Shown here one piece after another: positions 49,694-60,475 of a stretch of DNA of 64,000 nucleotides. The stretch's first letter is position 1; each line of letters starts with the position of its first letter. This DNA comes from Phycisphaerae bacterium (GTDB taxonomy: Bacteria; Planctomycetota; Phycisphaerae; UBA1845): NCBI GenBank assembly GCA_963666835.2, contig CAXXGO010000007.1:1-64000 (forward strand), read 5' to 3'. The translations under genes were made by a program, and so were the position numbers. The notes beneath the pieces were generated by a model, which saw nothing but the letters and a program-made list of their open reading frames with translations, was not told the origin of the DNA and searched no databases.

Positions 49694-50283
49694 TCTTTCT
49701 CCCTTACTGGTTGTGGTTCAATCCAATCTTTCGGGCCGCGGTGCTCTCCCGTCTTACCGCGCCCAACCCGTCCGCGGGGGCCATGGAGAGCCTTAAGACC
49801 CCCTCGCTCGGGACCGCCGTGCCGAAAAGCCCGGCGGATCATCTCATCGAAGACCTCGTGCTGCTCCGGTCTCAACAGCTTTCTGCTGTCGAGAAAATGC
49901 TGCACGATCTCATTACTCATTTGCCGGCGTAAGCGGGCGGTTTCGTCCAACTGCGCGGCAATAGCCTGGCGGTCGGGTTCGGGTGCCGTCATCAGATCCG
50001 TAAGCCTCTCCCCGGCCGCCTTGAGTTGTTGCCGCACCCCGCTGACCCGTTCGTACATTTCATTCCGACTCTGCTCCAGGAGAGCCGCCTGATCCGGGTC
50101 CAACTGAAGTTCCTTGGCAAGATCCAGCTTGCCCTGGCGACCCTCATGGCGCTTACCGAAACCGGGCAATGCACCGCGATGATAGGCCATCACTCCGAAG
50201 GTCAACCCGACCCCGATGTTGAACGCCAGCGACACGATCAACAGCAGTGAGAGCGATCGGCGACTCCAACCTTCCCAGGCCAT
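49690..50283 (-). CDS. Periplasmic Spy/CpxP/heavy-metal-sensor family protein
   Basis: SLAFNIG anchor; L.LDPDQ and LRPEQ (LTxEQ-type) motifs. Confidence 0.85.
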   Translation of the reverse strand: MAWEGWSRRSLSLLLIVSLAFNIGVGLTFGVMAYHRGALPGFGKRHEGRQGKLDLAKELQLDPDQAALLEQSRNEMYERVSGVRQQLKAAGERLTDLMTAPEPDRQAIAAQLDETARLRRQMSNEIVQHFLDSRKLLRPEQHEVFDEMIRRAFRHGGPERGGLKALHGPRGRVGRGKTGEHRGPKDWIEPQPVREKE

Positions 50284-50286
50284 CTC

Positions 50287-50748
50287 TTAATCCTCCGCAT
50301 CCGGCAGCAACGCCAGAAGCTGCTCGTCAAAGGAACTCTCGGACAACACGTCGGAATACGAACTCACGGCAGTCCCGCCGTTCGATTCGACGGACGATCC
50401 CACCGACGACGATAGCCCGCCCACCATGATCGTCAGCAGCACTCCGCACGAGAATGCCGCCGCTCCCAAACCAAGCGGAGCCGGGCGAAGAAACTCGAGC
50501 CACGTCCGTGACACCCTCGCTCCGGAATCCCCTACCGGAAGTTGGGCCAAGACTCTGCTACTGAAACCCCACCGCGGCTCCGGGGCCGACAGCTTGCCCA
50601 AATCGGCGGTGAAACCCGCAACATCCGCGAGGAACGCCCGGCAACCGGCGCATCCGGCCAGATGGTCTTCCAGGAGCCCGTTTAGTGGCTCGCTGAGCTC
50701 GCCATCGAGCCGGGCCGAGATCAGTTTTTGAGCTTTCCTGCATCGCAC
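50287..50748 (-). CDS. zf-HC2 anti-sigma factor
   Basis: C......SARLDGEL......HLAGCAGC followed by a TM segment. Confidence 0.9.
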   Translation of the reverse strand: MRCRKAQKLISARLDGELSEPLNGLLEDHLAGCAGCRAFLADVAGFTADLGKLSAPEPRWGFSSRVLAQLPVGDSGARVSRTWLEFLRPAPLGLGAAAFSCGVLLTIMVGGLSSSVGSSVESNGGTAVSSYSDVLSESSFDEQLLALLPDAED

Positions 50749-50767
50749 GGGAATTCACCAGTTCCTT

Positions 50768-51406
50768 TCACAGGGTTTCAGCACCCAATCCGGGCGAAAC
50801 TTGCGGTGACTCGATATCCTCGCTCTCGTTCTCCAGGAGCTTCCGAAGACGCCTTCTCGCCCGGAAAAGTAGCGATTCCACGGACGAAACGGTGGTTTCC
50901 AGCACTTCGGCAATTTCTGCGTATGAAAGACCGTGGAAATGGCGGAGTACGATAACCGCGCGCTGCGGGCGCGCGAGCCGCCCGAGCGCCTCGCGGACGG
51001 AAGCGGCCTGTTCGTCCGCCGCCATGCGGTCGGCCGCGGATTCAGGATCGTCCGGCAATGCCGCCGGTCCCTCATCGCCGGGCAAAGACGCCGTTCGACG
51101 CAGACGCCACCACCGTCGGTAATTCAGCGCCGTATTCGTGGCCAGCCGCAACAGGTAAGTTGTGGTCTTGGCGCGCGGCGTGTACGCCGGCGCGGCCTTC
51201 CAGGCCTTCAGAAAGACGTCCTGGGTAAGATCCTCGGCCGTGCAACGGTCCACATTGCCGAGGAATCTGTAGATGAACTGCATGACACCGCGATGATGGC
51301 GCTCCACCAGCGTGCCGAACGCGCTGCGATCACCCCGACCGGCCGCAACTAATAGGTCCTCGTCGCTACACATCGATACTCTGTTATCGGTGGTCTCGCG
51401 GCTCAC
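50768..51406 (-). CDS. ECF RNA polymerase sigma factor
   Basis: AEDLTQDVFLKAW (region 2); LSYAEIAEVLETTVSSVESLLFRAR (region 4). Confidence 0.95.
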   Translation of the reverse strand: MSRETTDNRVSMCSDEDLLVAAGRGDRSAFGTLVERHHRGVMQFIYRFLGNVDRCTAEDLTQDVFLKAWKAAPAYTPRAKTTTYLLRLATNTALNYRRWWRLRRTASLPGDEGPAALPDDPESAADRMAADEQAASVREALGRLARPQRAVIVLRHFHGLSYAEIAEVLETTVSSVESLLFRARRRLRKLLENESEDIESPQVSPGLGAETL

Positions 51407-51809
51407 GAGTGCCTTTCTTCCGATCTAACGCCGGATCCCCGATTACGCCCTCGGCCACATGGGCGTTTCCCACTTCTTCTAACTCCGAACCCGGCCCAAA
51501 CTTGCACCGGCTTGCCAGGAAACTCGCCTGTTACAAAGAGGACATCTTCGGATCGGGTACGGTATTCACGGGTGGAAGCCCGCCCTCGAGGCGGCAGGGT
51601 CCGCAGTGCGGACCGATTGGTTCTCGCCACAGATGGTAGATGGATACGGTCCGCTCTGCGGACCAACAGCCTCACCACAATGTTGGTCCGCGGAGCCGAC
51701 CCTACGGATTTTGAATCTGCGGGGGCCTTGCGGTTGGTGGATCGGGTTGTTGGACAACGGTGGGGGCTCCGATAGACTTCCATGGCGACGGAACACTGGA
51801 GGCTCGGAA

Positions 51810-53303
51810 TTGGCGGCGAAACAGAAGAAAACTCGTACTCTTCCCCGGCGACTGAAGGGGTTTCGTGATATCACGGCGGCGAATGTGCTCGCCCGCGACC
51901 GGATGATCCTGCGGATTCGGGAGGTCTATGAACGTTATGGGTTCCTCCCGCTGGAGACGCCGGCGCTCGAGTACGTAGACGTGCTCGGTAAGTACCTGCC
52001 CGAGGCGGATGAGCCCAGCGGCGGCATCTTCGCGTTTCGCGACGAGGACGACGAATGGATTGCGCTGCGCTATGACCTGACGGCCCCGCTTTCGCGATAC
52101 GTGGCCATGAACCCGGATCTGCCCCGGCCATTCCGCCGGTATCAGGTGGGCCCGGTCTACCGGGTGGAGAAGCCGGGCCCGGACCGGTTTCGCGAGTTCT
52201 ACCAGTTTGATTTCGACTCGGTGGGCACCGGGTCGATGCTGGCCGACGCCGAGTGCTGCATGGTCATGTGCGACACGCTCGAGGCGTTGGGCGTGGGCCC
52301 CGGAGATTACATCGTTCGGGTTAACGATCGTAAGGTGCTCACGGGCGTGCTCGAGGCGGTGGCCGGCGGTGAGACGCTGGAGACGCGGACCTCCCTAAAC
52401 ATCCTGCGCTCGATCGACAAACTTGACCGCGTCGGGATGGACGGGGTGAAGGACCTGCTCGGCCCCGGTCGGACGGACGAATCGGGCGACAAGATGGCGG
52501 GGCTCAACCTCAAGCCCGAACAGATCGACGTCGTGATGGGATATCTGACCATCGCCACCGATTCGCGCTCGAGCCTGTGCGGTGAGCTGGAGAAGCTGGT
52601 CGCCAAGAGCGAAACCGGCGCCGAGGGCGTTCGCGAGTTACGCGAGATAGACGAGGCGCTATCCGGTGCCGGCTACGCCGAGAACCGGGTGATTATCGAT
52701 CCGACGGTCGTGCGCGGTCTGGCCTATTACACGGGACCGGTGTTTGAAGGTGTCTTAACGCACGACGTCGTCGACGAAAGCGGGGTGACCCGGCAGTTCG
52801 GCAGCGTGTTCGGCGGTGGGCGGTACGACGGGCTGGTCGAACGCTTCACCGGCCAGAAGATGCCCGCCACCGGCGCGTCGATCGGGGTGGACCGGCTCCT
52901 GGCCGCCTTGCGTACGCTCGGCAAGCTCGACGTCGACGGCACGACCGCCCCCGTGCTGGTGACCCGCCTGGATCGGAAGATGACGGTGGAGTATCAGAAG
53001 CTGGCGGCCGAGCTGCGCTCCGCCGGGGTGAATGCGGAGTTGTACGTCGGCAACCAGGGTATCGGGAAGCAGTTCAAGTACGCCAGCGACAGCGGCAAGA
53101 CCTTGGCATTAATCATGGGTGAGGACGAGCTTGCCGCGGGGGAAGTGTCGATCAAGGACCTCAGGCTCGGTGACGAGCTGTCGAAGGAGGTCGGCTCCGA
53201 TCGCAAGAAATGGCTTGAAGAACAGCCCGCCCAGTTCAGCGCCAAACGCCGCGAGCTGATCTCGGCCGTTAAGAAGGTCATGGCTCGGTACTCGATCGGG
53301 TGA
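51810..53303 (+). CDS. hisS: Histidine--tRNA ligase
   Basis: LRYDLTAPL, RFREFYQFDFD, RGLAYYTG, GGGRYDGL; GGAGG before TTG 51810. Confidence 0.97.
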   Translation: MAAKQKKTRTLPRRLKGFRDITAANVLARDRMILRIREVYERYGFLPLETPALEYVDVLGKYLPEADEPSGGIFAFRDEDDEWIALRYDLTAPLSRYVAMNPDLPRPFRRYQVGPVYRVEKPGPDRFREFYQFDFDSVGTGSMLADAECCMVMCDTLEALGVGPGDYIVRVNDRKVLTGVLEAVAGGETLETRTSLNILRSIDKLDRVGMDGVKDLLGPGRTDESGDKMAGLNLKPEQIDVVMGYLTIATDSRSSLCGELEKLVAKSETGAEGVRELREIDEALSGAGYAENRVIIDPTVVRGLAYYTGPVFEGVLTHDVVDESGVTRQFGSVFGGGRYDGLVERFTGQKMPATGASIGVDRLLAALRTLGKLDVDGTTAPVLVTRLDRKMTVEYQKLAAELRSAGVNAELYVGNQGIGKQFKYASDSGKTLALIMGEDELAAGEVSIKDLRLGDELSKEVGSDRKKWLEEQPAQFSAKRRELISAVKKVMARYSIG

Positions 53304-53312
53304 CGCCCGGCA

Positions 53313-53420
53313 CACGGGCGCCCATTCCGACGCATGCCGAGCTGGAGCAGCCGCGCCGGTTCCCCGCCGAAATGGGTGGGGAACGGACGAAGACCCGAAA
53401 GGCACTCGCACTCCGCAATC
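53313..53420 (+). repeat. Class E hairpin repeat copy
   Basis: GCCGCGCCGGTTCCCCGCCGAAATGGGTGGGGAACGGA..GACCCGA..CCGCAATC, homologous to 39761-39875. Confidence 0.7.
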
Positions 53421-54072
53421 GACTCCCCACCCTTCGCCTGGCGCATGGTGCGTGCGCCGTAAGTACACCTGTATCCAAGTCTCTTTCTTCACTGCGATGT
53501 AACTCAAGGCGAAGGGTACCCCGCTCATCGGCGCGCGTGAACATCATCGGCTCCCCCACGTTAAGGCAACATGACTTCGCGCGACTCTCGGCAGACTGGA
53601 ACATACGCGAAAGTCAAAAGGACGCGGGCCACCCAGCATTCCCGTCCCGAAGGGCCGGGGGGCCAGTTACCGCGAATCGCGTGAAGGTCTGGCGCAATGG
53701 CGAAGTGTCGGCTATACGGCACTAGCGACCACAGGCAAGCTGCAACAGCCCATACTCGTGACGCGAGATCGAATAACGAACGGCACTTCCCCGCGCGAGT
53801 CGGCGATGCTTGCCTATGCCACCCTCGATGGCAGGTCTCGTTCCTCGACCTGCCCTACACCCGCCGACGCTGCCCTACAAAGAGGCTGTCGTAATCAGTA
53901 CGGCGAGCGTGAGCGACCCGCCCTTGGCCGATAGGCAGCCACCCTCGATGGCAGGTCTCGTTCCTCGACCATGCCCTACAGAGAGTGCAACGGGGTGGCA
54001 TGGGTCAACTTGTTGACCCGTGGTGTTAATCCGTGGAGTTACACACGGGGGATGAGCCCGGTGATCCGAAGG

Positions 54073-55080
54073 CTACGTACAGCGCAGCACGGCCGCCCCG
54101 GAGATGTTGCCGGTTTTGAGGGCGTAAAGGGCCTCGTTAGCCTGCGACAGGGGGAACACGGTAATCTGCGTCTTAATGGGGATCTCGGCGGCCGTTTCCA
54201 GCAGCTCTACGCCGTCGCGCCGCGTGGCGTTGGCCACGCTGCGCAAAACCTTCTCATCGTAAAGATGCCTGCCGTAGTCCATCGGCGGCACTTCGCTCAT
54301 GTATATTCCGGCAAGGGCCACCGTGCCGCCTTTTTCGAGAACGTCCAGGGCGTTCAGAATAAGCGGTCCGGCGGGGGCGAATATGACCGAAGCATGCATC
54401 TTCTCCGGTGGCGTATCCGCGGCACTGCCCACCCATTCGGCCCCGAGCTTCATCGCCAGCGATCGATTCGCCTCGTTCCGGGTGAAGACGTATACGTGGC
54501 ACCCCCAGTGGCGCGCAACTTGAATCGCAATGTGCGCGGAAGCTCCGAAGCCGTACAGACCCAGCCGCTGACCCGGGCGAATCGCGCTGAGGCGTAACGC
54601 CCGAAACCCGATAATGCCACCGCAGAGCAACGGGGCGGCCTGTTCGTCGGAGAATCCATCGGGAATGCGATAGGCAAACTCGGCGGGGATTGTCGCAAAC
54701 TCAGCGTAGCCCCCATCGAGCGAGTAACCGGTGAAGCGCGCGGCGCGGCAGAGGTTCTCGCGGCCGGCGGCGTCACGGCAGAACCCGCACTCTCCGCAGG
54801 TGTCGTGCAGCCACGCCATCCCAACGCGATCGCCAATCTCGAAACCGCCCCCGTCTCCTTCGCTATCAACAACCACGCCGACCACTTGGTGTCCGGGGAT
54901 CAACGGCGATCGTATGGGAGGCAGCTCGCCCTCAACCACGTGCAGATCGGTGCGGCAGACGCCGCAGAAGTTGACTTGCACCAGCAGCTCACCCGGCCCG
55001 GGTGACGGCTTGGGCGCCTCACCGAGCCTCAGCGGACTCGCGGAGATCGGCTTCGGATTATCAAGCAACGCGGCGTACAT
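54073..55080 (-). CDS. Zinc-dependent alcohol dehydrogenase family protein
   Basis: CGVCRTDLH, PGHQVVG, CGECGFC..ENLC, APLLCGG, GLYGFGASA. Confidence 0.93.
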   Translation of the reverse strand: MYAALLDNPKPISASPLRLGEAPKPSPGPGELLVQVNFCGVCRTDLHVVEGELPPIRSPLIPGHQVVGVVVDSEGDGGGFEIGDRVGMAWLHDTCGECGFCRDAAGRENLCRAARFTGYSLDGGYAEFATIPAEFAYRIPDGFSDEQAAPLLCGGIIGFRALRLSAIRPGQRLGLYGFGASAHIAIQVARHWGCHVYVFTRNEANRSLAMKLGAEWVGSAADTPPEKMHASVIFAPAGPLILNALDVLEKGGTVALAGIYMSEVPPMDYGRHLYDEKVLRSVANATRRDGVELLETAAEIPIKTQITVFPLSQANEALYALKTGNISGAAVLRCT

Positions 55081-55508
55081 GACCGCGAGGCATTATAACC
55101 CGCACACGCGACCACCGCTTGGCGAATCGTCATCTGTGAAGCGTCGCAAACTTGCCCGGGCAGGGCTCCCGCGCCCCGGAGAGCAGCAACTTGCCGTAAC
55201 TACATAGTCAATCTGAGGTTAAACGACTTAAGCGGGATGCCGATCCCGGGCAGCACGGTTCAGGCCGGCCGAATGTCGGATTACCGTAAGGCACGGCGAG
55301 GCTTGCAGTAATGCCGCATACTGTGATAGGCTGCTCAGATCGGGCACGCGGATCGCGCCGGCGCCGGGAATCCGGCTTAAACCCGTCGACGGCCTTGAGC
55401 CGATAAATCCACGGCGCGAGCGCCGAAACTTATTGTGGTACAGGGTGTTACGAATCGCGGTCGGCCTGGCGGACACCCGTTGAACAACTGCGAAGCGAGT
55501 AGCATACC

Positions 55509-57101
55509 TTGGCAAATCCAGTGTGGGATTACCGAAACGCGGGCAGGCAGTTCGGGCTGCGGATTCTGCTGCTTGGGCTTCTAGTGGCGTCGGGCGGCTG
55601 CAACGCGATCATGAACGGCTGGCTGGATCCGACGGTGGTCGGAGCATACGACCGGAATCGAGTCAGCGAGATCCGCGCGTCTCTGACCCTAGAGGACACC
55701 CCGCCGGGGATCGCCGGAGCGGAATCGCCTTCGGCGATGGACAAAGTGCTCATTGCGGAGGAGTACCCCATTTCCGGGGGAGACACGCTTGCGATAGAGA
55801 TCGATGAACTTCGCCAGCGCGATACGCTTTATCAGATCCAGGCCCAGGTATCGCCAACCGGATTCGTGAATTTGCCGGTCGTCGGGCGGGTCATGGCCGG
55901 CGGTGATACCGTACCGCAGTTCGAAGCATCTCTGGTGAACGTACTGCGGGACCGCAACGTCCTGATCGACCCCAAGGTAACGGTCAACCCGCTCTTTCTG
56001 CACAAGGCCACGTATTCTATCTTCGGAGTCGGAGTCAGCGCATCCAACAACGCCCCGTTGCGGGCGGGAACTTTCCCGATCCAGCGTCCCGATCTCCGCA
56101 TTCTGGAGGCAATCAACCAGGTCGGTGGTCTGAACGAGTTCGTCACAGACGTTTTCGTTTTTCGCTCGTACGACCCCCCACCGGAATTCACGGGGGAACC
56201 CCTCGAAACAAGCGGATCGACCTATTCGGGAACCCCCTCCGGGGATATTGATGAACCAGGCGAGCACGAGGCCGGCCTGGACGAACCGGCGCAAGGCGAG
56301 GGCGATTCGGCAATAGAACAAGAGCTGTTCGACGTCGTAACCGAAGGCGGGCGGGCGGAACCGGAAACGGGTATCGTCGATGAGGAATCCGAGACTCTAA
56401 AAGAGCTCGAGCCGGACGGATCGGATCCGTTTCTCTGGGTCAACGGCGAGTTCGTGCCTAACCCGGCTTATTCGGCTACCCCGGCGGGGACCCCCGCAGC
56501 GGTACCGGTGGAGCCGCCGTCGCCTGATCTGGTTAGCCCGGCCGTGAACTGGGCGCGAGTGGCGGGGGAGACGTCCTATCGGGTATTGCGAATCCCGGCC
56601 GAGGCGATGCGGAGCGGCGATCCTGAGGCCAACATCTTCGTTCGCCCGGGCGATGTGATCCGGATAACGAGCGGCGAGGTCGGGGTTTACTATGTGATGG
56701 GTCAGGTGAACCGCGTCGGTCCGTACTCGTTCAACAGCGAGTCGATTACGGTGAAGAGGGCGATCGCCATGGCGGGTGGTTTGTCTGCTCTGGCGTGGCC
56801 TGATCGTTGCACCGTTTACCGCCGGCTGGGTCAGCGTGAGCAGATGATCCAGGTGGATCTTGATCGGATCTTCGCGGGCAAGGACCCTGACTTCGAGATC
56901 CGGCGCGGGGACATCATCAACGTCGGTACTCATCCGTTTGCCCCGTTCCTGCGGAGGATCCGTGAGCTTACGCTGCCGAACCCGTCGACCAACGTCGGTT
57001 ACAGTTTCATGTACTCGCGGAACTTCGCGGACATTGACTCCTACGACGCGCGGATCAACCCGGCCAATGAACAGGACACGTTCTCGAACCTGTTTCCGTA
57101 G
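55509..57101 (+). CDS. Polysaccharide export lipoprotein (Wza-like, SLBB domains)
   Basis: GGC lipobox; GD.L.I...VSPTGFVNLPVVGRV; VMGQVNRVG..AIAMAGG. Confidence 0.85.
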   Translation: MANPVWDYRNAGRQFGLRILLLGLLVASGGCNAIMNGWLDPTVVGAYDRNRVSEIRASLTLEDTPPGIAGAESPSAMDKVLIAEEYPISGGDTLAIEIDELRQRDTLYQIQAQVSPTGFVNLPVVGRVMAGGDTVPQFEASLVNVLRDRNVLIDPKVTVNPLFLHKATYSIFGVGVSASNNAPLRAGTFPIQRPDLRILEAINQVGGLNEFVTDVFVFRSYDPPPEFTGEPLETSGSTYSGTPSGDIDEPGEHEAGLDEPAQGEGDSAIEQELFDVVTEGGRAEPETGIVDEESETLKELEPDGSDPFLWVNGEFVPNPAYSATPAGTPAAVPVEPPSPDLVSPAVNWARVAGETSYRVLRIPAEAMRSGDPEANIFVRPGDVIRITSGEVGVYYVMGQVNRVGPYSFNSESITVKRAIAMAGGLSALAWPDRCTVYRRLGQREQMIQVDLDRIFAGKDPDFEIRRGDIINVGTHPFAPFLRRIRELTLPNPSTNVGYSFMYSRNFADIDSYDARINPANEQDTFSNLFP

Positions 57102-57110
57102 GAGGTCAGG

Positions 57111-58055
57111 GTGAGCGTTCCCGGATCCGTTGCCGTTAATCAGCCGCGAACGTGGGGTGAGTTCATCCCCCCCGTCAGCCGTATCCGCATTGCGGTGGTC
57201 GCGGCGCTTCTGATTGCGGCTTATTGGGGCCCGATCCGGCATTTGCTCGTAGGCCGCTGGATCAGTGACGGCAACTGGTCACACGGCTGGCTGGTCCCGG
57301 CCTTCAGTCTGTATTTTCTGGCAAGTCGGCAGGACGACCTGTTCCGCTGCAAGGTGCGTCCCAGCTACATCGGGGCGGTGATCCTCTTCGGTTCGCTGAC
57401 AGCGTACTTTTACAGTGCGTGGGCGTGGTCGATGAACTACCCCCAGGCGTTGTCGATTGTCGGGTCCATCTTCGGGCTGGTCCTGTTGATGGGCGGCTGG
57501 CAGGTCATGCGTATCGCCTGGTTCCCGATCCTCTTTATGGTGCTGGCGATACCCCTGCCGACCGGTCTGTATGTAACGATAACACAGCCGTTGCGGGCGT
57601 TTTCCTCGACGGCGGCGGCCGCGATTATGCCGCTGTTGAGCAGCGGGCTGCAGACCGAAGCCCAGGCGGTGGTGATTGACTACTACCTGGACGGTAACAC
57701 CGGTCAGTTGAATGTGGAAGAGGCCTGTAGTGGGATGCGGCTGATGATGGCCTTCGTAACGCTGGGCGTGGCGATGGCGTATTTCAACAAGCGGCCGGCC
57801 TGGCAACAGGTCATTATGGTCTTGAGTTGCGTTCCGATAGCGGTTTTGTGCAATGCGATTCGGGTGACGACCACCGGGATGCTCTACATTCACGGTAAGG
57901 AGGATCTGGCAACCGGCACCCCGCACCAGATGCTCGGGATTCTGATGTTGGTAATCGCCCTGGGCCTCTACGCGCTGATCGGATATGTTCTGAGTCACTT
58001 GTTTGTTGAAGAGCCCGAACCCGATGTCGAGGCATCGGAGTCCGCCGGCGGTTGA
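57111..58055 (+). CDS. Exosortase/archaeosortase family protein (EpsH-like)
   Basis: SHGWLVP, VEEACSGMR (Cys), NAIRV (Arg), PH (His); multiple TMs. Confidence 0.92.
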   Translation: MSVPGSVAVNQPRTWGEFIPPVSRIRIAVVAALLIAAYWGPIRHLLVGRWISDGNWSHGWLVPAFSLYFLASRQDDLFRCKVRPSYIGAVILFGSLTAYFYSAWAWSMNYPQALSIVGSIFGLVLLMGGWQVMRIAWFPILFMVLAIPLPTGLYVTITQPLRAFSSTAAAAIMPLLSSGLQTEAQAVVIDYYLDGNTGQLNVEEACSGMRLMMAFVTLGVAMAYFNKRPAWQQVIMVLSCVPIAVLCNAIRVTTTGMLYIHGKEDLATGTPHQMLGILMLVIALGLYALIGYVLSHLFVEEPEPDVEASESAGG

Positions 58056-58093
58056 TTCGACAACCGCAGGCGGGAACTGTATGAGGTAGCGTG

Positions 58094-60319
58094 ATGACAA
58101 CATTCTCAACGCCTTCAGAGCACGGTCCCGGTCCGGTTTTCGCCCTTCCGCGCGCGGGCGGAGAGGGCGGCGGCCCTCCAAGCGCCGGCGACATCGTATC
58201 GATGCTGCGTCGGCGGATCGTGCTGATTGTCATCCTGTTCATCCTGTTCTCGGCGATGGCGGTGGCGGGTTTTTGGGCGTGGTGGACTTACCTTCCCAGC
58301 TACCGGGCCGAGTGCCAGATCCAGTGCATCTCGAACATCCCCGACTCGGGTTTGAGCGTCGAACAACGCCAACTCCGCCAGGATGAGCACGAGCGATTCG
58401 TGATGACCCAGGCGCTGGCTTTGAGGACGCCGTCTATTCTGGAGGACGCCCTCAGAACCGCCGCAGTCCGCGAAACGGAGTGGTTCAAAGGGGTGCAGCG
58501 GCGGGAAGAAGAACCGCTCTTGAAGCTGGAAGACAAGCTGCGGGCGGCACCGGTCCGCGGCACGGACATCTTGAAGGTGTGGATCGAGTGTCACAACCGT
58601 AAGGACCCGGCGGTCCTGGTGAACACGGTGGTGGATCGCTGGTATGAGACGGTCGAGCGCCGCGCCGCACAGGAGTTTGCATCCGAGCCGCTCAGAGACG
58701 CCCAGGAGCAGCTTGTTGCCATCGACGCGCAGATCGAAGAGAAGCGGGCTCAGCAGCGGGAGATCGCGATGCGTTTGCCCGCCGGCGCCCGCCAGAATCC
58801 GGCGAATAACATCGCCGCCCAGCAGGTCGAACAGTACTCGGCGCAAGTGGCCGAGCTTACGCTTGAAATGTCCCAACTCGAGCAGTTCAGGCAGATCTAT
58901 AACGATCCGGCAGGAGTACCGGTTACCGCGGAAGATCGAGCGTTGGTCGAGCAGGATCCCCAGGTCGCTGAACTCGCCCGAACGCTCTTCTTGCTCGAGC
59001 AGCAGAAGGCGGCCGACGAAGGCGTCTTCGGGCCGGAGCATCGGGAGTACCGGCAACTGGAAGCGCGGATCGAGGCTATCGCCGACAAGCTGGCCAATCT
59101 GCGCGCCGAGAAACTCACCGAGCGCCGCGAAGACATCCGCGAGGCAACCAACACTGCCTACGCCAACGCGCAGCATGCCCTGTTCCTGGCGCGCGAGAAT
59201 CTGGCGATGAGTGAGGCCATGCTCCAGGATCAGGACCAGCTTCTTTTCAACTACGCGACTCTGCAAGAGGATCTCGATCGCGATGTTGCTTACCGAGCTC
59301 AACTCAACGAGGTGATCCAGTCGTTGAACCGGGTCGTGCGTCAGAAGGGGGCCGTGAACATTAACATCCTCCAGCGCGCGATCGACCCGCTGGAGAAAAG
59401 CAGCCCCAGCCTACTTGTTCTTCCCGTGGGTATCGTGCTGGCGCTGGCCGTAGCTATCGGCTTGGCGCTGGTGTTGGAGTTGGCCGACAAGTCGATCCGC
59501 ACTCCCAAGGACCTGGAACGATACTTGACCGTCGCCCTGTTGGGGGTTGTCCCGGACACCGACGACGAGGAAGTCGCCATCAAGCAGGTGGAGACCGTAG
59601 TGCGCGACACCCCGCGATCGATGGTTGCGGAAGCCTTCAGACGCGTGCGGACCAGCATGCGTTTCAGCACCACGGCCGATCGGCAGCGTTGCGTGGTCGT
59701 CACCAGTCCGCGTCCCGAAGACGGCAAGACGACGGTCGCCTGCAATTTGGCGCTGGCGATCGCCCAAGGCGGGCGCCGCGTGCTGTTGATGGACGCCAAC
59801 TTCCGCCGACCGGGTATTCACAAACAGTTCGACAAGGTCGCAAAACGCGGGCTGAGCAACATCCTGATCGGCGACGAGACGTTGGAGTCCTGTGTGAACC
59901 CCACGGACCTGCCGGCGCTGCACGTGCTGGGCAGCGGACCGATTCCGCCGAACCCGACGGAGTTGCTGGGTAGCGAGGCGTTTCGGCAGTTGCTCGGCAA
60001 AGCGACTGAGGATTACGATCAGGTCATTATCGACACGGCACCGGTGCTACTGACCAGTGACGCTCTCGTGCTGGCCTCGGCCGACGTCGGCGTGATTCTC
60101 GTAGTTCGAGCAAACGAGAACACCCGGGGGGCGGTGCGGCGAGCGCAAAGCCTGCTGGATGGGGTCAACGCTTGCGTGCTCGGGTCGGTATTGAACGCCG
60201 TCCAAAGCACCCGCGGCGGATACTTCCGGGAACAACTCCACGACTACTACGAGTATCAGGCGGAGGTCGAAACGTCCGGGACCGCCAAACCTCCCCAAGA
60301 ACCGGGCAAGCCATCGTAG
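58094..60319 (+). CDS. Polysaccharide chain-length determinant / tyrosine autokinase (Wzc-like)
   Basis: Two TMs with coiled coil; Walker A SPRPEDGKTT; GPIPPNPTELL; IIDTAP; C-terminal Tyr cluster. Confidence 0.93.
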   Translation: MTTFSTPSEHGPGPVFALPRAGGEGGGPPSAGDIVSMLRRRIVLIVILFILFSAMAVAGFWAWWTYLPSYRAECQIQCISNIPDSGLSVEQRQLRQDEHERFVMTQALALRTPSILEDALRTAAVRETEWFKGVQRREEEPLLKLEDKLRAAPVRGTDILKVWIECHNRKDPAVLVNTVVDRWYETVERRAAQEFASEPLRDAQEQLVAIDAQIEEKRAQQREIAMRLPAGARQNPANNIAAQQVEQYSAQVAELTLEMSQLEQFRQIYNDPAGVPVTAEDRALVEQDPQVAELARTLFLLEQQKAADEGVFGPEHREYRQLEARIEAIADKLANLRAEKLTERREDIREATNTAYANAQHALFLARENLAMSEAMLQDQDQLLFNYATLQEDLDRDVAYRAQLNEVIQSLNRVVRQKGAVNINILQRAIDPLEKSSPSLLVLPVGIVLALAVAIGLALVLELADKSIRTPKDLERYLTVALLGVVPDTDDEEVAIKQVETVVRDTPRSMVAEAFRRVRTSMRFSTTADRQRCVVVTSPRPEDGKTTVACNLALAIAQGGRRVLLMDANFRRPGIHKQFDKVAKRGLSNILIGDETLESCVNPTDLPALHVLGSGPIPPNPTELLGSEAFRQLLGKATEDYDQVIIDTAPVLLTSDALVLASADVGVILVVRANENTRGAVRRAQSLLDGVNACVLGSVLNAVQSTRGGYFREQLHDYYEYQAEVETSGTAKPPQEPGKPS

Positions 60320-60475
60320 CATTCAGCACCGAAGACGCCGCGTTGTCGGCCTCGGCGGTCTGCGATACAATCCCTGCGGTCAGCGTGCGCGTCGTGAAGC
60401 GGGGTCGATGAAGATTGCACGATGGGTGCAGTTCGTACCGCCGTTCCGCGGGCCGGCTTGATCGAGGAAACCAAT

